Shown: piece after piece, positions 1-15,339 of the stretch
How the letters are laid out: every line of letters begins with the position of its first letter
Numbering within the stretch: the first letter of the stretch is position 1
From: Eledone cirrhosa
Taxonomy: Eukaryota
Assembly: GCA_964016885.1 (NCBI GenBank)
Contig: OZ024740.1
Coordinates: 368,652,001-368,716,000 of the forward strand
Direction of reading: 5' to 3'
Length of the DNA stretch: 64,000 nucleotides
Translations under genes and position numbers: made by a program
Notes under the pieces: model-generated
What the model saw: only the letters and a program-made list of their open reading frames with translations
Database searches by the model: none
Told to the model about the DNA's origin: nothing

Positions 1-135
<135 letters not shown>

Positions 136-337
136 AGGGGAGAGATAGTATAGAATAGAATAGAATAGAAATTAGGATTTAGCTTCGGGCATACCTGTTT
201 ACAGATATGTATAGATATTCCGTATTTGTAATGAAATACGGTATTCTTACAGGTAAATATTTAGCTATGCAAAAAACACCGGAGCTAACGCCCTCTAGTG
301 ATGTCCTGCAGACGCAGGGAGGGTGGGGGGAATCATC

Positions 338-380
<43 letters not shown>

Positions 381-674
381 CGATATTTCGTTTCTGAATT
401 GACCCTCCCAAAGTATAATATTATATATATGTATATATAAGTATGACCCCGACAGCAGAGCTCAAGCCGTTTCGACGGCTATTTCTGGACTATATATATA
501 AATATATATATGCATGCGTGAAGGCACATGGCATTCTGGTTACAGCAACAGTCTTACAAATGTGAGGTTGTGACCAAGATATTTTATTCCATGTTACTCC
601 AGTTCACGCAGCTATAGAAGTGATTTGCGAACTGGGGTCTTTAACTTATATATATATATATATATATACATATA

Positions 675-1950
675 TCTCTCTATATATAAAATGATTTGCC
701 TATCTGTCTATCTGTCTACCTATCTGTTCCTATGCATTCTCAAACGCCTCGACTAAATCAAATAAAATGTTATAAGGTATTAGACACCGGGAGTGTCAAT
801 ATGTAAATTTTATTTTCATTTGGATTAAAACAATATAGTATTTTATGTAAAATATTCTTTCTAAAGTTGTCAACTATAGTAAACCTCGACGACGTATGTG
901 GTTGTGTATGTGTCTGTAAGCGTGTGTGTGTTTGCGAGTTCGTTTCGTACGTTAGACCTCAGAGAATTAAACACACACATACATATAGCCTTAGTAGGTT
1001 GCATACACATTATCTTCACACACAGATAATTAGACACACACACATAAACACATACATATGTGGTGACAGACAAATAACAGGTGTGCGTGAATGTATGTTT
1101 GTTTGTGTCTGTCTTAGTATCTGTATGTGTGAGTGTATGTGTGTGCGTATATGTGTGTGTGAGTGTATGTCTGTGCGAATGTATGTGTATCCCGCCGAGG
1201 TTAACTTTGCCTTTCCTCCTTACGGGGTCGAAAACATAAAGTACCAGTAATGCACTGGGTATTTGCTGGCTTTGTGCCAAAAGTAGAAACAATTATTTTA
1301 ACGTTAGGCCTCACAGAATTAAACACACACATCTACACATATATATACTTATATGGTGACAGAGAAGTAGTAGATGTACGTGAGTGTATGTGTGAGTGTA
1401 TGCGGGGGTGTATGTGAGTGTGAGTATGTGTGTGTGAGTGTGTGTCTGTTAATTTGTATTTTCATTTAGATTAAAACAATAGAGAACAACACAATGACGT
1501 CACATTTTGTATATGAATATATGTGTCTGTGAGTGTGTGTGTGCGAGTTTATTAGGTACCTTATTAAATACACACATACATACTTGAAACTGACACTAAA
1601 TGATGTGGAAATCTAATCGTGTGTCTGCGTTAATGTATGTCTGTTTGTGTATGTCTTAGTATATGTATGTGAGTGTATGTCAGAGTGTATGTGTATGAGT
1701 GTGTAGCAACAATTTATTCAATTTTACACCAACGAAAATTACACAATGAGTTTTGTTTACATTAAGGTGCTTCAAGATTGACAGATTTTCATTTCTATAT
1801 TCTATTATCGGTACAATTTTGATATTTCTTTTAATAAAATATAGTTATTTTGGAATAACTATGAGAAAAAGCAACAACATATCCTCATATTTATTGTTTA
1901 CTAATCTGAATAAGAAGCACAGTGACACGAGCAAAGCCGTGTAACTCAGT
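675..1950 (+). mobile_element. Helitron-like non-autonomous element; 3' end disrupted by an RTE fragment
   Basis: The start TCTCTCTATATATAAAA followed by (CTGT/CTAT)n resembles the 2585 element. A subterminal hairpin ACACG-AGCAAAGC-CGTGT lies at ~1926-1943, but the terminal CTAG is missing. Confidence 0.35.
1189..1297 (+). mobile_element. SINE, 5'-truncated (family also at 12130, 12615 and 43438)
   Basis: ATCCCGCCGAGGTTAACTTTGCCTTTC...GGGGTCGA...AAGTACCAG...TGCTGGC...AGAAACAATTATT recurs in four places. The central part resembles the MetaSINE-type conserved domain (recalled, not searched). Confidence 0.8.
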
Positions 1951-2382
1951 GCTTTATGCGAGCGAGTCCTGGAAGAATACGGCAAAAATAATGAAACGAC
2001 TGAACGGTTTTTACCAGCGGTGCCTGCGAAAGATCCTTCATGTGTCCTGGCACGACCGAGTGCGAAACGAGGAGATCCTGCGTAGAGCCGAGTCGTGGAC
2101 GCTACAGAGAGTGGTCACGGAGCGTCGGTGCCGTCTGGCTGGCCATATTCTGCGCCTGCCAAATGAACGGCATTTGAATATAGCGATGAACTGGACTCCC
2201 CCTGGCGGTAAACGCAAGCGGGGTTGCCCAAGGATAACCTGGCGACGAACGTTCAGGAAGGACCTGATGGCAGCCAACATCATCTGGCACTGTCTCGAAA
2301 AAGTTGCCGCTGATCGTGACCGTTGACGAGTACTTACTGCTGGATGCGCCGAACGGCGCGGAAGAATCTAAGGCTAAGACTA

Positions 2383-2385
<3 letters not shown>
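1945..2385 (+). mobile_element. RTE-clade LINE 3' fragment
   Basis: ORF 1922-2326 has LYASESW, RCLRKIL..SW.DRVRNEEIL, GHILRL and GKRKRG(C)PRITW, typical of the RTE ORF C-terminus. It ends in a short CTAAG-repeat tail and then (TA)n. Confidence 0.85.
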
Positions 2386-2419
<34 letters not shown>

Positions 2420-2584
2420 AATTAAGTCAAATATGTAAAATTTGGCTTCGTTTGAATATTTTACATATTTGACTTAATTATTTTACATTACTTCGGAGTA
2501 AACAAACCAACCTACGCACCTCGTCGAGTGCTCCAATCTGCATGCTTAGATGTCGGTAAACGACCCATATATACTCAATATATA

Positions 2585-3712
2585 TCTGTATATATATAAA
2601 ATTAAGTATGCGTGTGTGTGTCTGTGTGTCTTTGTATTAACTATACGGGCCTACATCTTACGACCGATTTTAATGAATCTTTACAGGCTCATAGATTAGT
2701 CATCGGGGAGTTTTTTCAATATATCAGCGTATCGTTTTTTTTTTTATTCCGGGGTCATTCTGCAGATGAAAATCGATAGGGGGGGGTCACCTTTTTTTAG
2801 GTTTCGAAAAATAGGATTTTTGGCCTTAACTCCCACATTTTGCCACCGATTCGGTTCAATTTTCAAGCAAATTAAAACTTATTATTGCCCATCTTGTAAT
2901 GACTTTATATTTTGCATTTGTTGGTTAGGGACGGCGTGGAAGCCGCTTAAATATTCAAAAATACAACTTTTAGACTCAAATTTCCACTTTTTCGGCTTTA
3001 ACTCCCATATTGATCAACCTACATTGTTAAAAGTTTACACTTCGCTAGATCTGATTATTTCACGTCTTAAAGTTGCTTTACATTTTAGATGTTTTGTTCA
3101 GAAACGGCGTTGCAGCCGCTTAAATATTCGAAAATACCACCTTTTCGCTCAAATTTCCGCCTTTTCGGCTCTAGCTCCCGCATTTTTCAACCGATTTCGA
3201 TCAAATTCGAAACTTCGGCTCCATCTCACACATAAATCAAATTAATTGGTTCAACTTTTATAATACGATAGAACCTATCATTAGCTCCCATATTTTTCAA
3301 CCGATTTCGTTCAAATTTGAAATTTCGGCTCCATCTCACACATAAATCAATTTATTTGGTTCAACTTTTATAATACGATAGAACCTATCATTGCACATGT
3401 TATAGATGGTCAAAGGCAAAACGTTGGCGACTGACGTCGTATGAGCTTTTAGTTGTATATTTGAGAATTCATCGATTTCCAATCAACTAGCGTGAGGAAA
3501 TTTGGCTTAGTGTTAGATGTCATTACCTCCCTCCCCAAGTATGCCCTTCGCAGTCACGCGCGTTTCTCAGTGATAGAGGTCATCATCTCCCTCCTGCGCA
3601 TGGACTGTGTGGCCATATATGAGTCATCGAGAAGCAGTCGCTAAGATCAACACCTTTTTATAAAAGCAGATATTATTTTACCTACCCAGGCAACGCTGAG
3701 TACTGCTGCTAG
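2585..3712 (+). mobile_element. Non-autonomous Helitron
   Basis: 5' A|TC start. The 3' end has a hairpin CCCAG-GCAACG-CTGAG followed by CTAG|T. An internal ~110-bp tandem duplication spans 3172-3392. Confidence 0.7.
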
Positions 3713-3815
3713 TATATATTTATATATTTATACACACACACACACATATATATAACTATTTATACACACACACACACACATATTTATACACACACATATA
3801 TATATATTTATAAAT

Positions 3816-3852
<37 letters not shown>

Positions 3853-4048
3853 AACACACACACACATATATATATATGTATATATGTATGTATACATATA
3901 CATGTATATGTATATACATGTATATATGTATGTATACATAAACATGTATATGTATATACATGTATATGTATACACATGCATATGTATACATACATATATA
4001 GATATATGTATATATACGTGTGTGTGGGTGTGTGTGTGTTTGTAAATA

Positions 4049-4102
<54 letters not shown>

Positions 4103-4326
4103 CTTACATATATATATATGTGTGTGTGTGTTTATAAATCTATATATATATATTGAGTATATGTTGGTTGTTTACCGACACCCCAGTGTGCATATTGGAG
4201 CACTCGACGAAGTATTAAAAAAGAAAAAATTGGCTAAAGTAGAAAAATGTTCTTGTTCAGGGAGCAGTTTTGATTGGATTTAGAGATATATACATAGAAA
4301 CATACATATATAGATATATATACATG

Positions 4327-7647
<3,321 letters not shown>

Positions 7648-7989
7648 ATATATATATATATATAACTTTAATCTTTGTTTATAATATATATATATGTAGA
7701 AGTTATATTAATTTGTTGGGATACAACAAGCAAATATTTTTATGGGATTTAAACATTTCAGACACTAATTTGCATAATAGACCAATAATAAAATTAGTAA
7801 CGCCACTATCCGGGAGCTTCCAACCGACATGGATGCATTCTTTAAGGGTATGTCAATATTTGTTTGTTTATAGAACTGATCTATATTGTATTTTATCTGG
7901 TGAAAGCGCACCATAATTTGCTTTGGTGTCCTTGAAATATGTTTAATGAAATAAATATGGTTTTATAAATTTAGTTTCCATTTGTTGAT

Positions 7990-7995
7990 ATATTG

Positions 7996-8030
<35 letters not shown>

Positions 8031-8103
8031 GTATATATATATGTATATATATATGTATATATATATGTATATATATATGTATATATATATGTATATATAT
8101 ATG

Positions 8104-8138
<35 letters not shown>

Positions 8139-8151
8139 GTATATATATATG

Positions 8152-8198
<47 letters not shown>

Positions 8199-8227
8199 GT
8201 ATATATATATATGTATATATATATATG

Positions 8228-8312
<85 letters not shown>

Positions 8313-8519
8313 GTATTTATATATATATGTATGTATTTATATATATATGTATGTATTTATATATATATATATGTATTTATATATATATATATTTATGTAT
8401 TTATATATATATATATTTATGTATTTATATATATGTATGTTTATGTATTTATATATATGTATGTTTATGTATTTATATATATGTATGTTTATGTATTTAT
8501 ATATATGTATGTATGTATG

Positions 8520-8591
<72 letters not shown>

Positions 8592-8606
8592 CATACATAT
8601 ATATAT
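7990..8606. repeat. (TA)n microsatellite with TG/TT interruptions
   Basis: Seen directly. Confidence 0.97.
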
Positions 8607-9214
8607 GTCAGGTCACCAGTCGGTGCTACTGGTAACATGAATCCCAGTACAAACTGCCTCATGGTCGTGTCGTTGGCGACTAAACTGGCAACCCCACCAA
8701 GGTTTCTTGGTGAGGAGGGTCACTTTGGACATCCTGCAGGACTAAAAACAAAACCTGTCAAAGGGCAAAGGAGCTCTTAAGAGTCAATGGCCATCCAAAA
8801 TCACCGGGAGAGATGACCCCTTAGCCTTTGTCAAAGCAGAATTCTAGGAGAAGGAAAATTCTGATATAACACCTGCAACCCTGATGGTATCCAATGATGT
8901 CGACGTGTTCTTCTTTTTGGTAAATATCATCTTGGTTAAGAGAGTGGGATTGGCTTTGTGCGGTGCCTTTGCTCACTATAAAAGCTTCACGGCACAGGCA
9001 TGCTTTATATCTGGAGATCTCTCTGCACTTGTGATCACATGGTATTATGGGCCCAGCACTATGTGTCAATAATTGTCACAAGTGTGGTGTTTGTGCCAGA
9101 GTTTTCAAGTCGCTGGCTGGACTAAATAGTCACACTCGTTGAGCGCATCGGTAGGGGTTCTCCTACATGGATATAAAGTAGTGGCCGTACTCGAAAACGA
9201 GTTGGCAGCCACCA
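8607..9214 (+). mobile_element. Non-autonomous ~610-bp retroelement (bipartite RTE derivative), copy 1
   Basis: Highly similar to 54989-55596 with the same ends. The 3' part encodes a C2H2 remnant [21 protein letters not shown] and a hairpin ACTCG-AAAA-CGAGT. Embedded in (TA)n. Confidence 0.75.
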
Positions 9215-10086
9215 TATATATATATATACAATAGTACAGCATTTTCGAAGTTCGATCAGCAGCGAAGCCAACGAATGCCTTCAGCAGTGCAGCCTATCAC
9301 TCGACAAGGAATATACCTCAGAGTAATAACATACAGTTTAAAGGGCTTTGCAAATTGAAAATAGCGACCGCTAATTCAGCCGCGTGATCTGTAGAAAGAA
9401 CTGACTAGTGAGAAAAAGAAATACACACACACACACATACACACATATATATATATATACATATAAAAATATACATACATACATACTTATATGCACATAT
9501 CTGTATATATAAAATTAACATTAATTTTATTTGACAATTCCATTGATTGGTTAATTATTTAAGTGTGTTTAATAACGGTCTGGTTGAGTGCTTAATTCAG
9601 TTTGTGTATGGAATTTATTCCATTACACATAATTTTTGAATTGACCGCCTGAAACAGGGGTTACCTCCCTTTGGAGTAACATGTGCTTTCCACCTGGTTT
9701 TGGGGTTAGAACGAAAGCCGGTTGAGAAAGTAAATTCCTCTGTTCAATCTTCCAGAAACCTAACTTGTATACACCACAAGCGGATTTTGTTGATTTCGGA
9801 TTTACAGAAATCTCAATTGGATATTCAGTAATTTCCATGTTACTGTCCAGGTATGTTATATATACAGTTATGTGCATATATGTATGTATGTATGTATGTA
9901 TATTTTATATATATATGTGTCTGTGTGTGTATGTGTCTGTGTGTGTATGTGTCTGTGTGTGTATGTGTGTGTGTGTGTATGTGTGTGTGTGTGTATTTCA
10001 TTTTCTCACTAGTCAGTTCTTTCGTTGCTACAGATCATGCGGTTGAAATAGCAGTTTTCAAAGCCCTTTAAACTCTCTCTCTCTCT

Positions 10087-10148
<62 letters not shown>

Positions 10149-10157
10149 GAAATACGT

Positions 10158-10910
10158 AAAATAAGAAAATTATAAAAATTAACTTACTAAAATTTCACTC
10201 CAACTAATTAGTTTCTGAAAGGGAATAAACATGGTTTCCGAATGGAAAGCATGGACAAACCTTTCGTCATCAGGAAGTCTGTTCTCAGCTAAGTTTCTAG
10301 GCGATGCGTGGACACAGGGAACTTATACAAAAATAATTCAGTGGATGGAAAAAAGCAAGCGTGGACTAAATTCCAAGACAGTTTTTCCTGATGACGAAAT
10401 GTTTCTCCATGCTTTCCATTCGGAAACCATGTTTATTCCCTTTCAGAAACTAATTAGTTGGAGTGAAATTTTAGTAAGTGAGTTAATTTTTATAATTTTC
10501 TTATTTTAGGTCTTTCATATAATTGTTCTGCATCCACTTGCATTGAACCACAAAGTTACTAAGACAAAACCTATATATTTGCTAGCATTGGTATGCATCT
10601 GTATATATATATGTTGGTAGGTATACTAATTCTTTATAATTATCTCCAAATTATTTTGTTGAGCAAAAATTTGCCAAAATTGGTACTATAGTTCATAGTA
10701 ATGGGTCGGCCACTGTCTTTTTAACACCCCAGTCCTCACTGTTAACCTCGATGTCACGTGATTGATTCTTTTGAATTTGCCACCGACCAAGTAGGCAGTG
10801 ATTTTTTCAATGTCTTGGAATTTAGTCCACGCTTGCTTTTTTCCATCCACTGAATTATTTGTGTATAAGTTCCCTGTGGCCTGGTAACTTAGCTGAGAAC
10901 AGACTTCCTG
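10158..10910. repeat. Rearranged fold-back (inverted-repeat) element
   Basis: 10158-10275 is the reverse complement of 10385-10508, and 10271-10380 is the reverse complement of 10817-10910. Confidence 0.8.
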
Positions 10911-12129
10911 AATAATGTTTAAGGAAAAAAATATCTAACATCAAAATATATATGTTTACGAAATATTTTCTAATGGTAATAATATAATATATTAAAGGAA
11001 ATTAGTTAGGGTTAAATTTGTTTTTATGTATTGTAATATGTAATATGTAACAGTCAAACGAGCATGAAAGGAAGAGATAAGGAACTTAAGGAAGAAAAAT
11101 CTTACGTCAAAATATGTTTATGTTTACGTAGGACTATTAAAAGTAATACTATTATGTATTTAAAAGATAATAATAATTTGTATATCCAATGGTATGAAGA
11201 AATATGGAAGAGTGGATATGTTGTGATGTGTAATAATAAGAATTGAGAGGTAGTTAGGAAGAAAAAGTACAGATTAGAGGTTAGAAATTAAAAAGAAAAA
11301 AGAAAAGAGGAAGAAAGGAAGGTGATAAAGAGGAATGATATAGAATGAGTAACTTGAATTATATAATATATAATAAATAATATTGAAATAAGGTAGAAAG
11401 TTGGCTATATTAAACAAAAATATATATATAAACCTTTGAGAAAAAGGATTTTAAGCTAGTAAAGTATGAGATATTAGCTGTATAATGTATGGAATGTTCT
11501 GTGGAATGTATGCAAGCAGAGAGAAAATAAATCAGTGCGTCTATTTATTATAGAATCTAAATTAGTATAATGGTACATTTTTCAGATAGACAAAGATTAC
11601 ACGTTCTGGATAGGGAGGCATTCAAGTAGGGAGAGGCAGAACAAACTTTCCTCCAAGAGATGTTATAGTTAATAATTGTGTCTTTCAAGGACCATATGAG
11701 TTTTGAGAGTGCCGTGTTAGTTCTTTTAAGTTGGTATCTAAAAGACGAATTGTGATTATAAAATCTCACTTTGAAGGAGGTGGAAGTGGAATCGAAATAG
11801 GTAAAGGAATTGGTATCAGTTATAACCTTATATTCATAGACTAAGTTTTTTTCAAGACAATGGTTATTGAGAGGACATTTAGTTTTAACAGGGCAATTAA
11901 AATTGCGATTAGAGAAATTAGCAGAGTTATTAACAAGTGACCTAGTGTTATTTATAGGGGGAATTGGATTGGAGAAGTTATTTACGATATGAATAATAGT
12001 TTCCTGATTTGGTTTGGTATTATGAACATTCACGGAAGTTACGATTGACGTCGTATTTGAGTTTGCAGAATCTAGCATAGAGTTAACAATGACGTCGGGA
12101 GTACTACTGCTATTATTATGACACTCAGT

Positions 12130-12247
12130 TCATTCTGAGTTCAAATCCCGCCGAGGTTAACTTTGCCTTTCATCCTTACGGCGTCGATAAAATAAAGTAC
12201 CAGTAATGCACAGGGTAATTGCTGGCCTTGTGCCTAACGTAGAAACA
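12130..12247 (+). mobile_element. SINE inserted in the Naiad ORF, with 18-bp TSD
   Basis: B-box GTTCAAATCC. Direct repeat ATTATTATGACACTCAGT at 12112-12129 and 12248-12265. Confidence 0.88.
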
Positions 12248-12614
12248 ATTATTATGACACTCAGTGTTGGAAGGATGTGATTTAATATTTAATATGTTAT
12301 TGTTGTGTTTAGAGATAATATTAGAGATGTTGGAGGAGGTGGAATAGGAAACTTTTATTGCATATTTATTAAATATTGTACTATAGATATGTGAGGGAGG
12401 GAAGCATTTATCTAAGACCCTAAAGGATAGTTTAGGAATATTATTATTAATAGAAATAGAGAAAGGAGCATTATACCAGATTATATTTTTGTATCTAGGT
12501 CTTTTATTTAAGTTATTGGAATGATCATAATTAATTATTTTACTGTAAGACCTTCTAGGATTGGTTTCTTTACTGTATTTAATTTTATCAGGATAACCGG
12601 CTTTAGAAAGCGCA

Positions 12615-12700
12615 GTACCAGTCACGCACTGGTGTCGATTTAATCTACTTTCCCCTCCCCAAAAATTGCTGGCCTTGTGCCTATATAAGAAACAATTATT
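12615..12700 (+). mobile_element. SINE 3' fragment inserted in the Naiad ORF
   Basis: GTACCAG...TGCTGGCCTTGTGCC...AGAAACAATTATT interrupts NYYNN/ALSKAG. Confidence 0.75.
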
Positions 12701-14214
12701 ATAGTAATTGGCGTTAGCATCAAAGATATTTTTATTACAAGATAGTAATATTGGAAAAAGAATATCAAACCTAACTATAGAATTGTTAATGTTAGTGGGG
12801 TGGTTAGATTTAACATTAACATAATTTAGATTCTCATTGTTTTTATGGTAAGGGGAATATAGGCCAGTGTCAACATTAAGGGATATTTCCAAGAAGTTAG
12901 CTAGTTTGACGTTGTTATCAAGTTCGATTTTAAGGTTATGTTGCTTAAAGAGATCACGTATATTGTTCTTAATAATATTAAGGTTAACTAAATTGCAATT
13001 TAAGATAGTAAAAAGTCCATCGACACGATAAATTCCACCGCGAAGTTGAGGAATTTTCCGATTTAAAGAATTCAAAATAAAAATACCAATCAAATCAGTC
13101 AATTGCGATGAATCGGAAGCACCCATTGTGATATCAAAGTTGTTGGAGGTATCAGCTCTAGTCCAGTATTCATTGTTGAATTCTAAGATGGTTTTTCTTG
13201 CGGGGAGAATGATGTGAAGTTCATCTGTGGTGATGTCAGAATATTTAAAAGCGAAAGATAGAGCATTGTTGAGAAGTGAAGGCGAAATAGAAGAATAGTA
13301 ACTGGCAATATCAGATTGAATACATTTTTGTTTGTTTTTCTTATTCAGGTTGTTGAACCAGCCAATTACATCAGATGTACCAAACCATAAATTTAAGTTT
13401 GAAATAGAGCAATTACAACGAACCTGTGGGATAGTTCTATCCGAGATGGCTTTACTAACGACCCCCAGATCCTTTTTCTCAAAGGCTTATATATATATTT
13501 TTTTAAAATATACCCATCTTTCTAACTTATTTCAATATTATTTATTATATATTATATAATACATGTTACTCATTCCATATCATTCCTCTTTATCACTTTC
13601 CTTTCTTCCTCTTTTCTTTTTTCTTTTTTAATTTCTAACCTCTAATCAGTATTTTTTCTTCCTAACTACTTCTCAATTCTTATTATTACTCACCACACCA
13701 TTCCACTCTTCCATCTTTCTTCATATCATTGGCCACAAAAATTATTATTATCTTTTAAATACATTATAGTATTACTTTTAATAGTCCTTCGTAAAAATAA
13801 ACATTTTTTGATGTTGGATTTTTCTTCCTTATGTTCCTTATCTCTTTCTTTCGTGCTCGTTTGACTTTTACATATTACATATTACAATACATAAAAACAA
13901 ACTTAAACCCTAACTAATTTCCTTTAATATATTATATTACTACCATTAGAAAATATTTCGTAAACATATATATTTTGATGTTAGATATTTTCTTCTTTGC
14001 TTTCTGCGTTCATTTTTAAACAAACTATTTACATATATTACGCACACATATTACATTACATAAAAACAAACTTAAACACTAACTAATTCCACTAAATTCC
14101 TAACTCATCCACTCTTATACTTCTTTTCACATTATATGCTTAATAAAATTAATATTTTAATTTTCATAATACATTTTAACAATCTCTTTTCCTCGCACAT
14201 ATTATTAAACCCTT

Positions 14215-14825
14215 CAATATACAAACCTTAATTTAAATTAATATTATTCTTAACCCCTTTTTCTCTTCATCAACTTTTAATTTCAAATTATTTTAAATTA
14301 TCTATTATCTTCCAACGACTTTTTAACTTCTCTCTGTGAGACAATATATATTTTTCTCAGTTGTAAAGGCTCTCTCTCTCTCTCTCTCTCTCTCTATCAC
14401 TCATCTACCCTCCTCTCCCAACCTTCCTTCTTATACTCCTCCCTCACCACTCTTTACTCTCATCTCTTCCTCTTCCTTACCCTTTCCAAGCCCCCCTCAC
14501 TTTTTCCCAATATCACACACCAATCTTCAATATACAAACCTTAATTTAATTTAATATTATTCTTAACCCCTTTTTCTCTTCATCAACTTTTAATTTCAAA
14601 TTATTTTAAATTATCTATTATCTTCCAACGGCTTTTTAACTTCTCTCTGTGAGACAATATATATTTTTCTCAGTTGTAAAGGATATCTCTCTCTCTATAT
14701 ATCACCCATCTCTCATCCTTCCTTCGTATACTCCCCCCACCACTCTTTACACGCATCTCCTCCTCTCCCTTACCCTTTCCAACTCACCCCCTCACTTTTT
14801 CCAAATATCACACATCAATCTTAAA
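14215..14825. repeat. ~313-bp tandem duplication in the PLE 3' UTR
   Basis: CTTCAATATACAAACCTTAATTT... occurs at ~14212 and ~14526. Confidence 0.85.
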
Positions 14826-14895
14826 TTATTTTTCATATGTTGATTTAAAACTCCACTATTCACAAGTGTTTTTTAACCTTCATATCATGTATCCC

Positions 14896-14966
14896 TATTT
14901 TATTTGATGAAAACGCAGATATTATCTCATGATGGTATTTGTTTTTGAAATGTGCATAATAAAATA
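14896..14966 (+). ncRNA. Hammerhead ribozyme motif (type I, U3 variant)
   Basis: Stem I TATTTTAT/ATAAAATA; core TTGATGA; long stem II (GCAGATATTATC-TCAT-GATGGTATTTGT); GAAA; TGTGCA; TA. Confidence 0.75.
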
Positions 14967-15009
14967 CTTGTAACTCTTTTAACCATCGTTCGTGCGTGCG
15001 TGCGTGCGT

Positions 15010-15062
<53 letters not shown>

Positions 15063-15339
15063 AGAATATTTCATGAGTAAACTAAGAACATGTGATGGAA
15101 TATTTATATTTTCTTTTATCCATTAGTGGCTAGTCATTTGAATTATTATCTAGTTTCTCGAGTGTGAGATGACGTATGAATAATTTCAGATTATCACCTA
15201 TCTCGAAAACAAATAAATTAGTTGCAACTTAAAATAGAACCGGTATCATATCAATTATATTTCTCATATTTGCATATATGTTTTTAACATAAATTATATA
15301 TAAGCAATATACTCTAATTTTTGTTTATACATAAACTGC

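Larger units (their letters stand above)
10922..14980 (-). mobile_element. Naiad-type Penelope-like element, 5'-truncated, with inverted 3'UTR/pLTR arm (13469-14980, plus)
   Basis: The minus strand reads IGWF..IQSDIASYYSSI..FDITMGASD..GGIYRVDG..WYNAPFS..CPLNNHCL..FKVRFYNH..TALSKLIWSLK..CNLCLSEK (RT then GIY-YIG). 10922-11450 is inverted at 13469-13990. Decayed, with two SINE insertions. Confidence 0.85.

Noticed and set aside
9225-9292. Minus-strand CTGAAGG...GAAA with a hairpin between
   Set aside because: The core is mismatched and there is no convincing stem I or cleavage triplet.
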